Of a stretch of DNA of 64,000 bases, positions 18,350 to 27,167 are shown piece by piece. The position numbers were made by a program, and so were the translations under genes. The DNA lies in the IMG/VR virus record IMGVR_UViG_3300043313_001352, positions 32,001 through 96,000 of that record, one strand, 5' to 3'. A model generated the notes under the pieces. The model was not told the origin of the DNA. It made no database searches and worked only from the letters and a program-made list of their open reading frames with translations. Numbering within the stretch: the first letter of the stretch is position 1; each line of letters opens with the position of its first letter. The DNA is from a virus.

Positions 18350-18567
18350 GCGACGAGAAGCAGCTGCCGCCGGGAGAGAAGCGGTTCATCGCCAAGCCGC
18401 GGACCCAGGGCAAGCACACCACCTGGAACGTCTATGACCGGCAGCGGGCGAGCTTGCCAGCGAGCTTGCCAGGCTTCGGTGTGGTCGCCTCCGGGTTCAC
18501 TGACGAAACCGAGTGCCAGGCTGAAGCTGACCGTCTCGCCGCGTTCGTCGAAGGAGCCACCCAGTGA
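18346..18567 (+). CDS. hypothetical protein
   Basis: GTGA coupling. Confidence 0.6.
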   Translation: MSDEKQLPPGEKRFIAKPRTQGKHTTWNVYDRQRASLPASLPGFGVVASGFTDETECQAEADRLAAFVEGATQ

Positions 18568-18872
18568 GCATGCTGCTGAAGACCGCCCTGGTGCTGTACA
18601 TGCTCGCCACCGCAGCGACCGGTGCGTTGTCGGCCTTCGCCATCGCGGTCGACGCCTGGCCGTTGGCGATCGCCATCATCGCGGTCTGGATGTTCGGCTG
18701 GAGCCCGCTGGTGATCGTGGGCTACGCCGAGCTGGAGCGGCGCCTCGACGCAGAAGCTGGAGCTGGCCCGCCTGCGCAAACGTCAGTGGGACGTCATCGG
18801 GCCGACGGCCCAGCTGACCCAGCTGGCGACCAGGTGGAGCGGTTCCATCTCCTTGAGGAGCTGGCCTCGTGA
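18564..18872 (+). CDS. membrane protein
   Basis: Two TM segments; GTGA coupling. Confidence 0.6.
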   Translation: MSMLLKTALVLYMLATAATGALSAFAIAVDAWPLAIAIIAVWMFGWSPLVIVGYAELERRLDAEAGAGPPAQTSVGRHRADGPADPAGDQVERFHLLEELAS

Positions 18873-19192
18873 GCCCGATGCACGGCGCCGACGGTCAGGA
18901 CCCGTCGGTCCCGCCGAACAGCCGGACCGATGATCAAGAGCTGCTCGACACCAAGCACCGTCGGTTGGCCCTGGTCGGTGTCCTGGAGCTGGTGCAACGT
19001 CAACACACCGACGCGGTCGACCTGGTCACCGTCGTCGACATCCTGGGCTTGAGCGATCAGCTCGACGAGCTGGCTGGAGCTGGGCGGTCAGCTCGACGAG
19101 CTGGGGAACGTCATCGACGTTTGGCCGCAGCTCGCCAGGCAGCTGGCCTGGCGGAGGCCCAGCTCGACGGGACCGTCGGGCGGGTGGAATAA
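18869..19192 (+). CDS. hypothetical protein
   Basis: GTGA coupling; C-terminal part is repetitive. Confidence 0.5.
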   Translation: MSPMHGADGQDPSVPPNSRTDDQELLDTKHRRLALVGVLELVQRQHTDAVDLVTVVDILGLSDQLDELAGAGRSARRAGERHRRLAAARQAAGLAEAQLDGTVGRVE

Positions 19193-19331
19193 CGTCACTG
19201 ACTTTTCCGCTGTAGCTAGCACCGTTGCGCCAGCTGAAGCTACCCGTCGGTCGACATCCCGTGGACCGGTCGGTTAGAGTAGTACAAATCAACCATCAAC
19301 ATGAACCATCAACGACATGAAGGACAGCACC

Positions 19332-19865
19332 ATGACCCGATTCATCACCGTGCACGTCGGCTGCGACTGGCCGACCTGCGAGACCGTCGCCCCTGAAGGC
19401 GAAGGCATCGTCATCGAGAAGGTGCTGTCCATCGACGGCAAGCAGGGACGGTCGTTCCTGCTCTGCAAGAAGCACGTCGACGAGTTCGAGTCGGTCGTGC
19501 TGCCGTTGATGCAGGCCGGGGTCAAGGTCGAGCAGCCCAGCTCCAGCTCGCGGTCGCGGTCGAAGTCGGCCGGAACGTCATCGACGTCCGGCAGCTCAAG
19601 CCCAGCTGCGCCGCTGAAGGCCGACGAGGATGGCACCCATCCGTCGCTGGTCTGCAAGGTCGACGGCTGTGAGCGTCACGGTCGCCCGCTGTCCAACCGG
19701 ACCGGGATGGCCCAGCACGCCATCCGTAGCCACGGCTACGCCGATCTCGCCGCCTACGAGGCGGAGTTCGGGCCGGTCGCCACCGTCCCGCGCAAGAACA
19801 CCAAGAACACCTCACCGTCGGTCGAGGGCACGGTTGCCCCGGTCGACGAACCATCCATCAGCTGA
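19332..19865 (+). CDS. Lsr2-like N-terminal domain fused to C2H2-type zinc finger
   Basis: N-terminus parallels the Lsr2 dimerisation domain (V...D...IDG....L...H...F...V.P...AG.KV); C-terminal C-x4-C...H-x4-H. Confidence 0.6.
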   Translation: MTRFITVHVGCDWPTCETVAPEGEGIVIEKVLSIDGKQGRSFLLCKKHVDEFESVVLPLMQAGVKVEQPSSSSRSRSKSAGTSSTSGSSSPAAPLKADEDGTHPSLVCKVDGCERHGRPLSNRTGMAQHAIRSHGYADLAAYEAEFGPVATVPRKNTKNTSPSVEGTVAPVDEPSIS

Positions 19866-19883
19866 AGGTCCCAGGAGGCCACC

Positions 19884-20636
19884 ATGAGTACCCCGACGCA
19901 CTACGAGCGAGCTGCCGCGGTCGCGGATGAGCTGCTGGCTGCGCACGAGCGTGGTGAGTCGGTCTCCGCGATGGCCGAGGAGCACGGTCTCCGTCGCGAG
20001 GCGATCGCCAGCGAGCTGGCCAAGCACGGCATCGGTGAGCCGTCGCCCGCACGGGAGGCGGTCCTGGAGTACGTCCGGGCCAACCCCGGTCTGTCGGTCG
20101 ACGACCTCTCGCTGCGCCTGGACCTGAGCAAGTCATCGGTCTCCCGGTACCTGCGCGGGACGCCGGAGCATCGGTTGGTGGTCAGCCGCAAGGTCTCGCC
20201 GACGCAGCGGTTCACTGATCAGCAGATGGCGGATGCTCTCAAGGCTGCGTTCCGGCAGCTCGACGATCGGTCGAAGGGCCTGTCCCGGAAGCGGTACCGC
20301 GAGATCATGGAGGGCCAGGACGTGCCCGCGGCGGCCACCTACATCCGTCGCTACGGGACCTGGTCGGAGGCGTGTCGGTTGGCCGGGGTCACCGCGGCGA
20401 AGGCCCGGCGGACCAACTACGTCCAGGACTGGAGCAACGACCAGATCGTCGACGCGGTCGCCGAGTTCGTGAACACCACCGGTCAGCTCAGCTACCACGC
20501 TTACGCAGCGTGGGCGCGCGAGCACGACAAGCCGTCGGGTCCCCTCCTCGTCCAGAGGCTCGGCGGTTGGGCCAAGGCGAAGACCCTGGCCATGTCCCAG
20601 TTCGAGACCGACGACCGGACGGTTGCGGTCGCCTAG
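19884..20636 (+). CDS. HTH DNA-binding protein with two homing-endonuclease-associated-like repeats
   Basis: VLEYVRANPGLSVDDLSLRLDLSKSSVSRYL HTH; two repeats (F/W)(T/S)..Q..DA...P......R.G.W..A. Confidence 0.75.
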   Translation: MSTPTHYERAAAVADELLAAHERGESVSAMAEEHGLRREAIASELAKHGIGEPSPAREAVLEYVRANPGLSVDDLSLRLDLSKSSVSRYLRGTPEHRLVVSRKVSPTQRFTDQQMADALKAAFRQLDDRSKGLSRKRYREIMEGQDVPAAATYIRRYGTWSEACRLAGVTAAKARRTNYVQDWSNDQIVDAVAEFVNTTGQLSYHAYAAWAREHDKPSGPLLVQRLGGWAKAKTLAMSQFETDDRTVAVA

Positions 20637-20655
20637 CGCCTCTCCGGTAGAGGAC

Positions 20656-20704
20656 CAGCAGCCCCGTCTCACGGTCGCCATGTCCACTGAGGCGGGGCTG
20701 CTGT
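20656..20704 (+). terminator. hairpin terminator ending the rightward region
   Basis: CAGCAGCCCCG-TCTCA...TGAGG-CGGGGCTGCTG. Confidence 0.65.
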
Positions 20705-21193
20705 ATGCCCTCTTGGCAAGCGGTTGCCGGTCTAGATAGGCTTAGGTCACCTTGGCCAAGGTGCCGTTGACAAAGCCGGTACCCTCACGCACGGGACGTC
20801 GTCGCGGCGGAAGGGTGCCGAACGGGACGTTCGGTCGCCTCGAATGGTCTGGTACCAGGCCGGTCGCCAGCTGGCGGTCGCCGATCGAACGTCACTGACG
20901 TTTATGCAGGGTGGCCCAGCTCACCGTCGCCTGGCGGCCTCTGCTGAGGATCCACCGATATCGCCCGGCAGCTCGGCGAGCTGGCGGCCAGCTGGGCGCC
21001 CCGGTGCGTTTCGTCAATGACGTTGGCGTTCAACGGGCGCCTGGCGGCCCAGCTGGCCGCGGCCCAGCGACCTGGTCGAGGAGCTACCCGTCGGTCGCGA
21101 TCGCCGATAAGGGTCATTATGTAAGCCAGATACCGGATAAGTCGGACACGGTCGACCCGTTGACGACGGAATCAGTTGTACAGCGGTACAGAT

Positions 21194-21823
21194 TCAGCGG
21201 TCGGGCGGGTGCACGGACGTCCGCTTCAGCGCCTCTGAGAAGCCCATAGCGGCCTTGCCGACGGACTGGAAGGACTCCCGCAGGCTCGGGTTGCTCCAGG
21301 CCGCTGCTGCGTGCGCCAGGGCGTCCAGACGGTCGTTCACGGCCGTGCGCCCAGCGGTTGCTTCGGCACGGTCGGCCTCGTCTTCCTCGATCGCCTGGCG
21401 GATCGAGTCCCACTCACCGTCGTGGCGGGGCGCCATCGCCACCTCCAGGCGCACCAGGTAGAGCCCGTGCGGGTCATCGGGCAGGCTCATCTCCCAGGAG
21501 ATGGACTCGCTGGTGTAACCGTTGGCATCCATGTAGCGCTGCGCGGTCGCCACCAGCCGAGCGCGGGCACCGTCGACCATCGCGGGCTCGTGCGCGTGAT
21601 CACGCAGCAGCTGTTCGACGCCGACCCAGCGGTGCGGCTCCGGGCGCAGCGATCGCGGGCGCCGTCGAGGGCTCCCCATCGGTCCGTAGTCGTAGTCGGA
21701 GAACCCGGCCATGACCTCAGCGTAGGGCTCACCGTCGGCCAGGCGGCGCATCGCTGCGAACAGCTCGCGAGCGGTCGGCTCAACCGGTCGGCGCTCGGGG
21801 CGGAGATCCTCCAGGCTGATCAA
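21194..21823 (-). CDS. hypothetical protein
   Basis: TTGA overlap with upstream gene; coding-like codons. Confidence 0.6.
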   Translation of the reverse strand: MISLEDLRPERRPVEPTARELFAAMRRLADGEPYAEVMAGFSDYDYGPMGSPRRRPRSLRPEPHRWVGVEQLLRDHAHEPAMVDGARARLVATAQRYMDANGYTSESISWEMSLPDDPHGLYLVRLEVAMAPRHDGEWDSIRQAIEEDEADRAEATAGRTAVNDRLDALAHAAAAWSNPSLRESFQSVGKAAMGFSEALKRTSVHPPDR

Positions 21824-22446
21824 CGGTGTGCTGCACACCTCAGCTCGGACTGCTCCTCGTCGATGAACACCGGCCACACATCAGCGGTCTCCCGGCACCG
21901 GGAGATCCCGCAGACACGGGCGCCGTCGACCCAGGCGAACCGTCGCTCCAGCTCCTGCTCGGCCCAGGCCGGGTTGCTCAGTGCGGCCCGGCGCTTGGAC
22001 AAATGGGTCGAGAACGCCCTCAACCCGGTCAGGAACGGGTGTCGTCCGTGGTCCTTGCGGTCGATCGGCAGCCGTTGGTTCCAGTAGCGGTTCGGTCGGT
22101 CGATGTCGGCGATCGGCCGGAACTCGACGCACGGACACGTGGGGTGCACCACCGTGGTCTGCGTCTGCGCCTCCCGGTCCATCGACTTGGTCTCGGTCTG
22201 AAAGCCGCGGTCCGGCATCGCACCGACGCAGCCGTCGAGGATGGCACTCACGGTCACCTCCAGGCCGCCGATGTTCCGCGGGAACGGCGCCGGTACGTGA
22301 TACGCACCGCCGATCGACTCGCCGTGATAGCGGTCGAGGTGGCCACACACGCAGATCTTGAACCAGTTGTGGTACCCAGCTCGCTCACGCTTCCTGGTGA
22401 AGAAATCCTGTCCGAAACTGTTCTTGACCTCGTCCGAGATGCCCAC
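21820..22446 (-). CDS. Cys/His-rich hypothetical protein
   Basis: CVCGH....H, CPC.EF, C....C...C..H motifs. Confidence 0.7.
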   Translation of the reverse strand: MGISDEVKNSFGQDFFTRKRERAGYHNWFKICVCGHLDRYHGESIGGAYHVPAPFPRNIGGLEVTVSAILDGCVGAMPDRGFQTETKSMDREAQTQTTVVHPTCPCVEFRPIADIDRPNRYWNQRLPIDRKDHGRHPFLTGLRAFSTHLSKRRAALSNPAWAEQELERRFAWVDGARVCGISRCRETADVWPVFIDEEQSELRCAAHR

Positions 22447-22907
22447 GGTTGTGACTCCTATGTGCCAATCTGTTCAACGGTTGGTGTGATCTTATCATAG
22501 TCAAACCAGGGTCGTACATGCAAACCAGATTCATACCAGTAGATCAAGCAGGAGACGGCCCAGGAGACGGCCCAGCCTGCGCCCAGCCTGAACCATTCAC
22601 GCAACTCATAGAACGGAATGCTTTTTGGGGGTGCCGCGTGACGAGCTGAGGCGACAAGGATCCGCGCCGACACCCTTTTTGGCTGGGCCACCACTGGGCC
22701 GTCCACTGCTTCATCACTGCTTTGATGTCCGTTTCCTCCCTAGTCACCTGTGCCTCCCGACCCCGTCCTCCCCCACCGTCGCTGACCCCTTAGAACCCGC
22801 ACTCCAGATTGCTCGTCTGAACCCTTAGTCCCCACACTTCCAAGTGGTTGTCCCCGTCCACCATCTCTAGGGATTCACCTGTCGGACGATGTGCTACTCA
22901 GATCCCC

Positions 22908-23435
22908 TCAGACCAGCCGCACCCCGACGAACACCCTCGCCTTCCCGTCCCACGTCGCACCCGCCGCCAGCAGGTGCTCGCGCAGCACCTCGCGCTTCAT
23001 CCGCAGACTTCCCGGCAGCTCCCGGAACCTCTCGCGCTCCGTGAACGCCAGCCAGGTCGCGAACGACACCTCCACGTCCCTCGGCGCCACGGTGTCCCCC
23101 TCCGGCCCCGTCCTCCCGGTCACCTCCACGCACGCCTCCCCCCACGCGCGCACCACCGGCTCCACCTCGGCCCGCCACTTCTCCTCGCGCGTCACCGCGC
23201 CGGGCACCGGCACCGTGTCGACGTGCACGTGCGTGATCCGCCACGCCCCCGGTCGCCCCAGCCAGGACTCGCGCTGGGTCTGGCTCATCAGCAGGAACCG
23301 CCCGAGTGCGGCCTGCCACTCCGCCCCGTACCGGGGCTCGGCCTTCCCCTCCGCGACCGCTGCGTCCCAGCACAGCCCCCAGCCCGCCAGCGCCTTGCTC
23401 AACCTCGCCGTCCCCACCATCTCAGCCGTCTCCAT
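22908..23435 (-). CDS. stand-alone paralogue of the primase-helicase C-terminal (winged-helix-like) domain
   Basis: WGEACVEVTG..DT....D..VSFATW...TWDGKARVFVGVRLV aligns with WSGACLEVTG..DT....D..VSFNTW...TYDKKRKLMVGGRLV of 30348..32633. Confidence 0.7.
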   Translation of the reverse strand: METAEMVGTARLSKALAGWGLCWDAAVAEGKAEPRYGAEWQAALGRFLLMSQTQRESWLGRPGAWRITHVHVDTVPVPGAVTREEKWRAEVEPVVRAWGEACVEVTGRTGPEGDTVAPRDVEVSFATWLAFTERERFRELPGSLRMKREVLREHLLAAGATWDGKARVFVGVRLV

Positions 23436-23520
23436 CGTCGCTCTCCTCCACGTTGATTGGTGATTCACCTGTTGCCAACCTACCGAGCCCGCCCCGCTGG
23501 GCTAGGCTCTCCCCGCCCTC

Positions 23521-23871
23521 GGCAAGTCGGGGCAAGGCTTGGCTTGGCATGGCAGGGCAGGGCTCCCCCTAGGCCAGGCGCGGTCAGGCAGGGTTCGGCT
23601 CGGTCAGGCAGGGCAGGTTCGGCAGGGCGCGGTGTGCTGAGGTCCGGCGTGGCGAGGTGGGGCAAGGCACGGCAGGCTCGGAGCGGCTCGGCACGGCTAG
23701 GCATGGTGAGGCAGGCACACCCAGGCGGGGTCCGGCAGGGCACGTCAGCATTTGGCAGGGCATGGCAGGTGGGGCAAGGCTCGGTGTGGCCTGGCGGCGT
23801 ACGGCATGGTTGGGTTCGGTTCGGCGTGGCAGGCACGGTTAGGCATGGCAAGGTGAGGCGTGGCGAGGCGC
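23521..23871 (+). repeat. second GGY-NN pentamer mini-array (about 5-6 units)
   Basis: GGCAA GGCTT GGCTT GGCAT GGCAG...; GGCAGGY punctuation at about 23612, 23671, 23710, 23764, 23828. Confidence 0.9.
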
Positions 23872-23919
23872 GAGGGAACCCGCTCGCTCGTCGTCAGGGT
23901 GGTGTGTACTCTTCTCCCC

Positions 23920-24324
23920 ATGGGAGGGAACAAGCGCGGGTCGGTATTACGGTCACTGACCTGCCACTACTGCGGTGAGCGGGCCGAGGGCGAAGACCAC
24001 ATCGTGCCGCGAGCCGACCTGCCCAAGCCGCTCTCGAAGCTGCCCTACTGGTTCCGCGCCAACGACGTCGTTCCGGCCTGCCAGCCCTGCAACGGCGACA
24101 AGGCGTGGTTCAGGTCCGACTGCGTCTGCTCGCACTGCACATGGGCTTGGTCCACCGCTCACGCGCTGTTCCTGCCCGAGGGCTACACCGAGCGCGGTTG
24201 GGTCGCCATCCAGCAGAACCCGACCATCGCGATGCCGCTCGCGGTCCCGCGCCCCGACCGGTCCGCCTACCCAGGCACCCGCGAAGGCCGGTCCGACCGC
24301 GAGTCCCAGGCCCTGTCGAACTAG
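23920..24324 (+). CDS. HNH endonuclease
   Basis: CHYCG....EDHIVP...NDVVPACQPCNGDK. Confidence 0.85.
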   Translation: MGGNKRGSVLRSLTCHYCGERAEGEDHIVPRADLPKPLSKLPYWFRANDVVPACQPCNGDKAWFRSDCVCSHCTWAWSTAHALFLPEGYTERGWVAIQQNPTIAMPLAVPRPDRSAYPGTREGRSDRESQALSN

Positions 24325-24462
24325 TCTCCGCCCGCCGCTCCGACTAGCTCGGCAGGGCCGCTCGCGCTCTACCTAGACCACCCCGTCCCCCTGGCGCGAG
24401 CGTTGGTCAAATGAGAGAGTGCCAACTCATTCACCTGTCACTCACCTCCTGGGAGTTCCTCC

Positions 24463-24942
24463 ATGCGCCGTCGACTCGCGCTCCTGCCCACCGTCCTCGC
24501 TGTCGCCTTCACCGGGCTGTTTGCCGCCGCACCAGCTCAAGCCGCACCACCGGTCGACTACACGCACCAGGGACTCAACGACGCGACGGCTCACATCGAG
24601 CTGAAGGGTCCGATCAAGGTCACCGGCAAGACTGCCACCGTCAAGCTCCAGGTCGACTGCACCAAGGGTCGTCAGGCCAGCGTGGGTGGTGGCGTGTACC
24701 TGGACCCAGACAACTCCTGGCCCCCGGTCTACTACTACTACTCGCCCTTGACCAGTGCGTTCACCTGCACGGGTCATCCTCAGAACGTCAGCTTCACCGC
24801 GGTGGCGGGAGCAGGCCCCGCCGAGGGCAATCAGACGCTGGCGCCGACCAAGGGCATCACGCAGTTCTACGCCTATGTCGTCTACGCCAACGAGGACGAC
24901 GTGACCGATGACTTCATCGGAGGCACCGCTCGCCTGGGCTGA
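24463..24942 (+). CDS. secreted protein
   Basis: MRRRLALLPTVLAVAFTGLFAAAPAQA signal peptide. Confidence 0.75.
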   Translation: MRRRLALLPTVLAVAFTGLFAAAPAQAAPPVDYTHQGLNDATAHIELKGPIKVTGKTATVKLQVDCTKGRQASVGGGVYLDPDNSWPPVYYYYSPLTSAFTCTGHPQNVSFTAVAGAGPAEGNQTLAPTKGITQFYAYVVYANEDDVTDDFIGGTARLG

Positions 24943-25407
24943 CTACCGCCCACCCCAGGCCCGGTTCACCTCGTCGAGCACCGTCCACGGCGCCCGCCCG
25001 GCCTCGTTCGAGGTGAACCGGACGATCCGCCAGCCCAGCGCCTCGATCTCGCGCTGCCGCTTGTGGTGCTTGGCCCAGGCTTCCTGCGGCCCGTGGAAGG
25101 CCAGCCCGTCGATCTCGATCCCGAGCTTGCGCCCGGCCAGCCCGAAGTCCAGGTAGTAGCGCCCCACGCGCACCTGACGACGCAGCCCGGCCAGTGCAGG
25201 CCACCGGTCCGGCGATGCCGTGTACGCCGCCCACAGCACGTCCTCGGACGGCCCCACCCACGGTCCGCCGACCTTCTTCTCCCCCGCCCCGCCAGCCGTC
25301 CCAGCCACAGTGAACCGGCCGTCCTTGCCCCGCGCCCGCCCCCGCACCGGGGTCCCCCGGACCAGGATCATCCGGGGAGTCCGCACCACCCTGCGCCGCC
25401 GCGCCAT
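24943..25407 (-). CDS. DUF559/Vsr-like PD-(D/E)xK endonuclease
   Basis: RRQ..VGRYYLDF...IEIDG..FH...R...I...GWRIVRF. Confidence 0.85.
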   Translation of the reverse strand: MARRRRVVRTPRMILVRGTPVRGRARGKDGRFTVAGTAGGAGEKKVGGPWVGPSEDVLWAAYTASPDRWPALAGLRRQVRVGRYYLDFGLAGRKLGIEIDGLAFHGPQEAWAKHHKRQREIEALGWRIVRFTSNEAGRAPWTVLDEVNRAWGGR

Positions 25408-25475
25408 GTGTCCACGCTACGGGACCTTCGGCGTCACCTGTCGCTCACCTGCCGCAACGGTCTACCATCCTCACT

Positions 25476-25856
25476 ATGCGCGCCACTCTCTCGGGCACCC
25501 TCACTGGAGTCCTCTCAGCCCTGCTCACCGTCTCCGTGTTCGCCGCCCTGTGCCTGCTTGCCGCCCCCGCTCAAGCCGCCGACCACCGCCGCTGTGTCAC
25601 CGTGCGTGAGTACCGCGCCGTACACGTCGGACAGCCCGCCCGCCGTGCGGTCCGGATCCTGGACGGTTACGGCGCCGAGGGTGACCTGGGCCGGGTCTAC
25701 CGGATGTGCCGAGGCGGGCACGCGGTCATCGGGTTCTCCGGTGCCCCGGCGATCGTCACGATGAAGTTCCGCCTCGCCCCCGGCTCCGACCCGTGGGGCC
25801 GGGTCTACCTGCTGCCCAGCCTCAGCCCGGCCGCTCCGCTCTCCCAGCTGCTCTAG
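25476..25856 (+). CDS. secreted protein
   Basis: Hydrophobic N-terminus ending AAPAQA. Confidence 0.6.
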   Translation: MRATLSGTLTGVLSALLTVSVFAALCLLAAPAQAADHRRCVTVREYRAVHVGQPARRAVRILDGYGAEGDLGRVYRMCRGGHAVIGFSGAPAIVTMKFRLAPGSDPWGRVYLLPSLSPAAPLSQLL

Positions 25857-26164
25857 CCGTTCTGGACGACCCGCGCCGCTGCGGCGAGCGCCCGCTGCGC
25901 GCTGGTGTTCCCCGCGGCCTGCCGGGCCATCACGCCCAGCTTGCGGACCAGCCGGGTCCGCAGCCGCGCCTCGCTGCGCAGGACGTGCTGGTCGTAGACC
26001 ATCACCAGCTCGTCGGCCACGTGCGCCTTGAACTCGTTTGCCGCGTCCGACCGGGACTCCCAGGTCCCGCACGAGCAGCGTCCGTGGTAGGGCCGGACCC
26101 ACTGCAGCTCGTGCGCCCGGAGCACCCGCATGATGGCCTTGGTCACCGAGTCCGGCTCCGTCAC
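25853..26164 (-). CDS. hypothetical protein
   Basis: H...CSCG...H motif; part of a leftward gene run. Confidence 0.6.
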   Translation of the reverse strand: MTEPDSVTKAIMRVLRAHELQWVRPYHGRCSCGTWESRSDAANEFKAHVADELVMVYDQHVLRSEARLRTRLVRKLGVMARQAAGNTSAQRALAAAARVVQNG

Positions 26165-26167
26165 CGC

Positions 26168-26332
26168 TCAGTCACCTGTGCCTCGGGTCCGCCAGCCGGG
26201 CTCCCCACAGACCGTGCAGACCACCGAGTCGAACGTCGTGATGGGGTACGCCCTGGACCCCCACACCGTCCGCCACCGGTGCGCCCGGTCGAAGCTCTGC
26301 CGCAGCACGTGCTGCCGGATCCAACACCTCAC
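26168..26332 (-). CDS. small hypothetical protein
   Basis: GTGA coupling; CTVCG. Confidence 0.45.
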   Translation of the reverse strand: MRCWIRQHVLRQSFDRAHRWRTVWGSRAYPITTFDSVVCTVCGEPGWRTRGTGD

Positions 26333-26655
26333 TCCACCACTGTCTCTTGGATCTGCTCGATGATGTGCGCCAGCGCACTGAACGCGTCGCGGTAGTTGAT
26401 CTCCCGGAACGCGGGCGGCAGGTGGTTCTGGCCGGTCTTGAAGTCCTCGGGGCGCAGCGCGTCCGCTGCCGCTACCAGCTCGCGCACCCGCTGCAGCTTC
26501 GCCGCGTCCGACGCCTCCGGCTCCTTCGGTGGTGGCGGCGCCTCGCATCCGTCGCACCGGGCCAGGTGGTTGTCGATCACGTCGACCGGCATCGAGGCCA
26601 GCGCCGGGTCGTGGTTCTGCAGCTTGGCCTCGCGCCTCTTGCTCTCCCTGCTCAT
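26329..26655 (-). CDS. hypothetical protein
   Basis: Coding-like ORF in leftward run. Confidence 0.65.
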   Translation of the reverse strand: MSRESKRREAKLQNHDPALASMPVDVIDNHLARCDGCEAPPPPKEPEASDAAKLQRVRELVAAADALRPEDFKTGQNHLPPAFREINYRDAFSALAHIIEQIQETVVE

Positions 26656-26659
26656 CACG

Positions 26660-26941
26660 TCACCGTCCTGGTTCGCTCAGCTCGTGCGGCCGGTCGCACA
26701 CCGTGCGCACCCGCTGCACGGTGGCCCCGTCGTTGTCGGTGTACCAGCAGCCGTTGGCCGGGTTGTACAGGCACAGGGTCCCGTCACCGTGGGAGAACGC
26801 CCGCGACCAGGCCATCGTGGTGCCGTGCTCGTCGGTGCCGTAGTGCCCCTCGATCCCGTGCACCGGACAGTCCGGGGCCGGATTGGACGTCGACAGCGCG
26901 AAGCCAGGACCGCAGGTACACCCAGCCGCCAACGGACTCAC
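26660..26941 (-). CDS. Cys-rich hypothetical protein
   Basis: GCTC...CPVHG motif. Confidence 0.6.
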   Translation of the reverse strand: MSPLAAGCTCGPGFALSTSNPAPDCPVHGIEGHYGTDEHGTTMAWSRAFSHGDGTLCLYNPANGCWYTDNDGATVQRVRTVCDRPHELSEPGR

Positions 26942-26951
26942 CCCTGCCCTC

Positions 26952-27167
26952 TCACGGGTTCATCAGCTCCCTGGCCAGGTCGAGCACCTTGCCCGACAGC
27001 TCTTGACGGACCCGGACCTCGGCCATGTGCGAGCCCAGGTCAGCAACCACCCCGGTCACGTCCAGCACCCCGCGCAGGTGACCGATCGCCGCCATCAGAG
27101 ACTCGGCGTCGTCCTCACGGATGTCCTTCTCCAGCACGACGGTCAGGGTGTGATACCGGTCCGTCAT
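26952..27167 (-). CDS. hypothetical phage protein
   Basis: MTDR...LTVVLEKDIREDDAE; ATGA coupling. Confidence 0.7.
   Translation of the reverse strand: MTDRYHTLTVVLEKDIREDDAESLMAAIGHLRGVLDVTGVVADLGSHMAEVRVRQELSGKVLDLARELMNP

Noticed and set aside
639-20909. The 16-bp boxes as CRISPR repeats or attC-like cassette recombination sites
   Set aside because: Spacing is gene-scale and tied to promoters; no integrase in the window; copies also occur inside genes.
22458-22747. Short ORFs in the AT-richer region
   Set aside because: Atypical codon usage and no convincing RBS; treated as non-coding.
23457-23978. ORFs over the mini-array
   Set aside because: Same repeat-derived artefact as in the main array.
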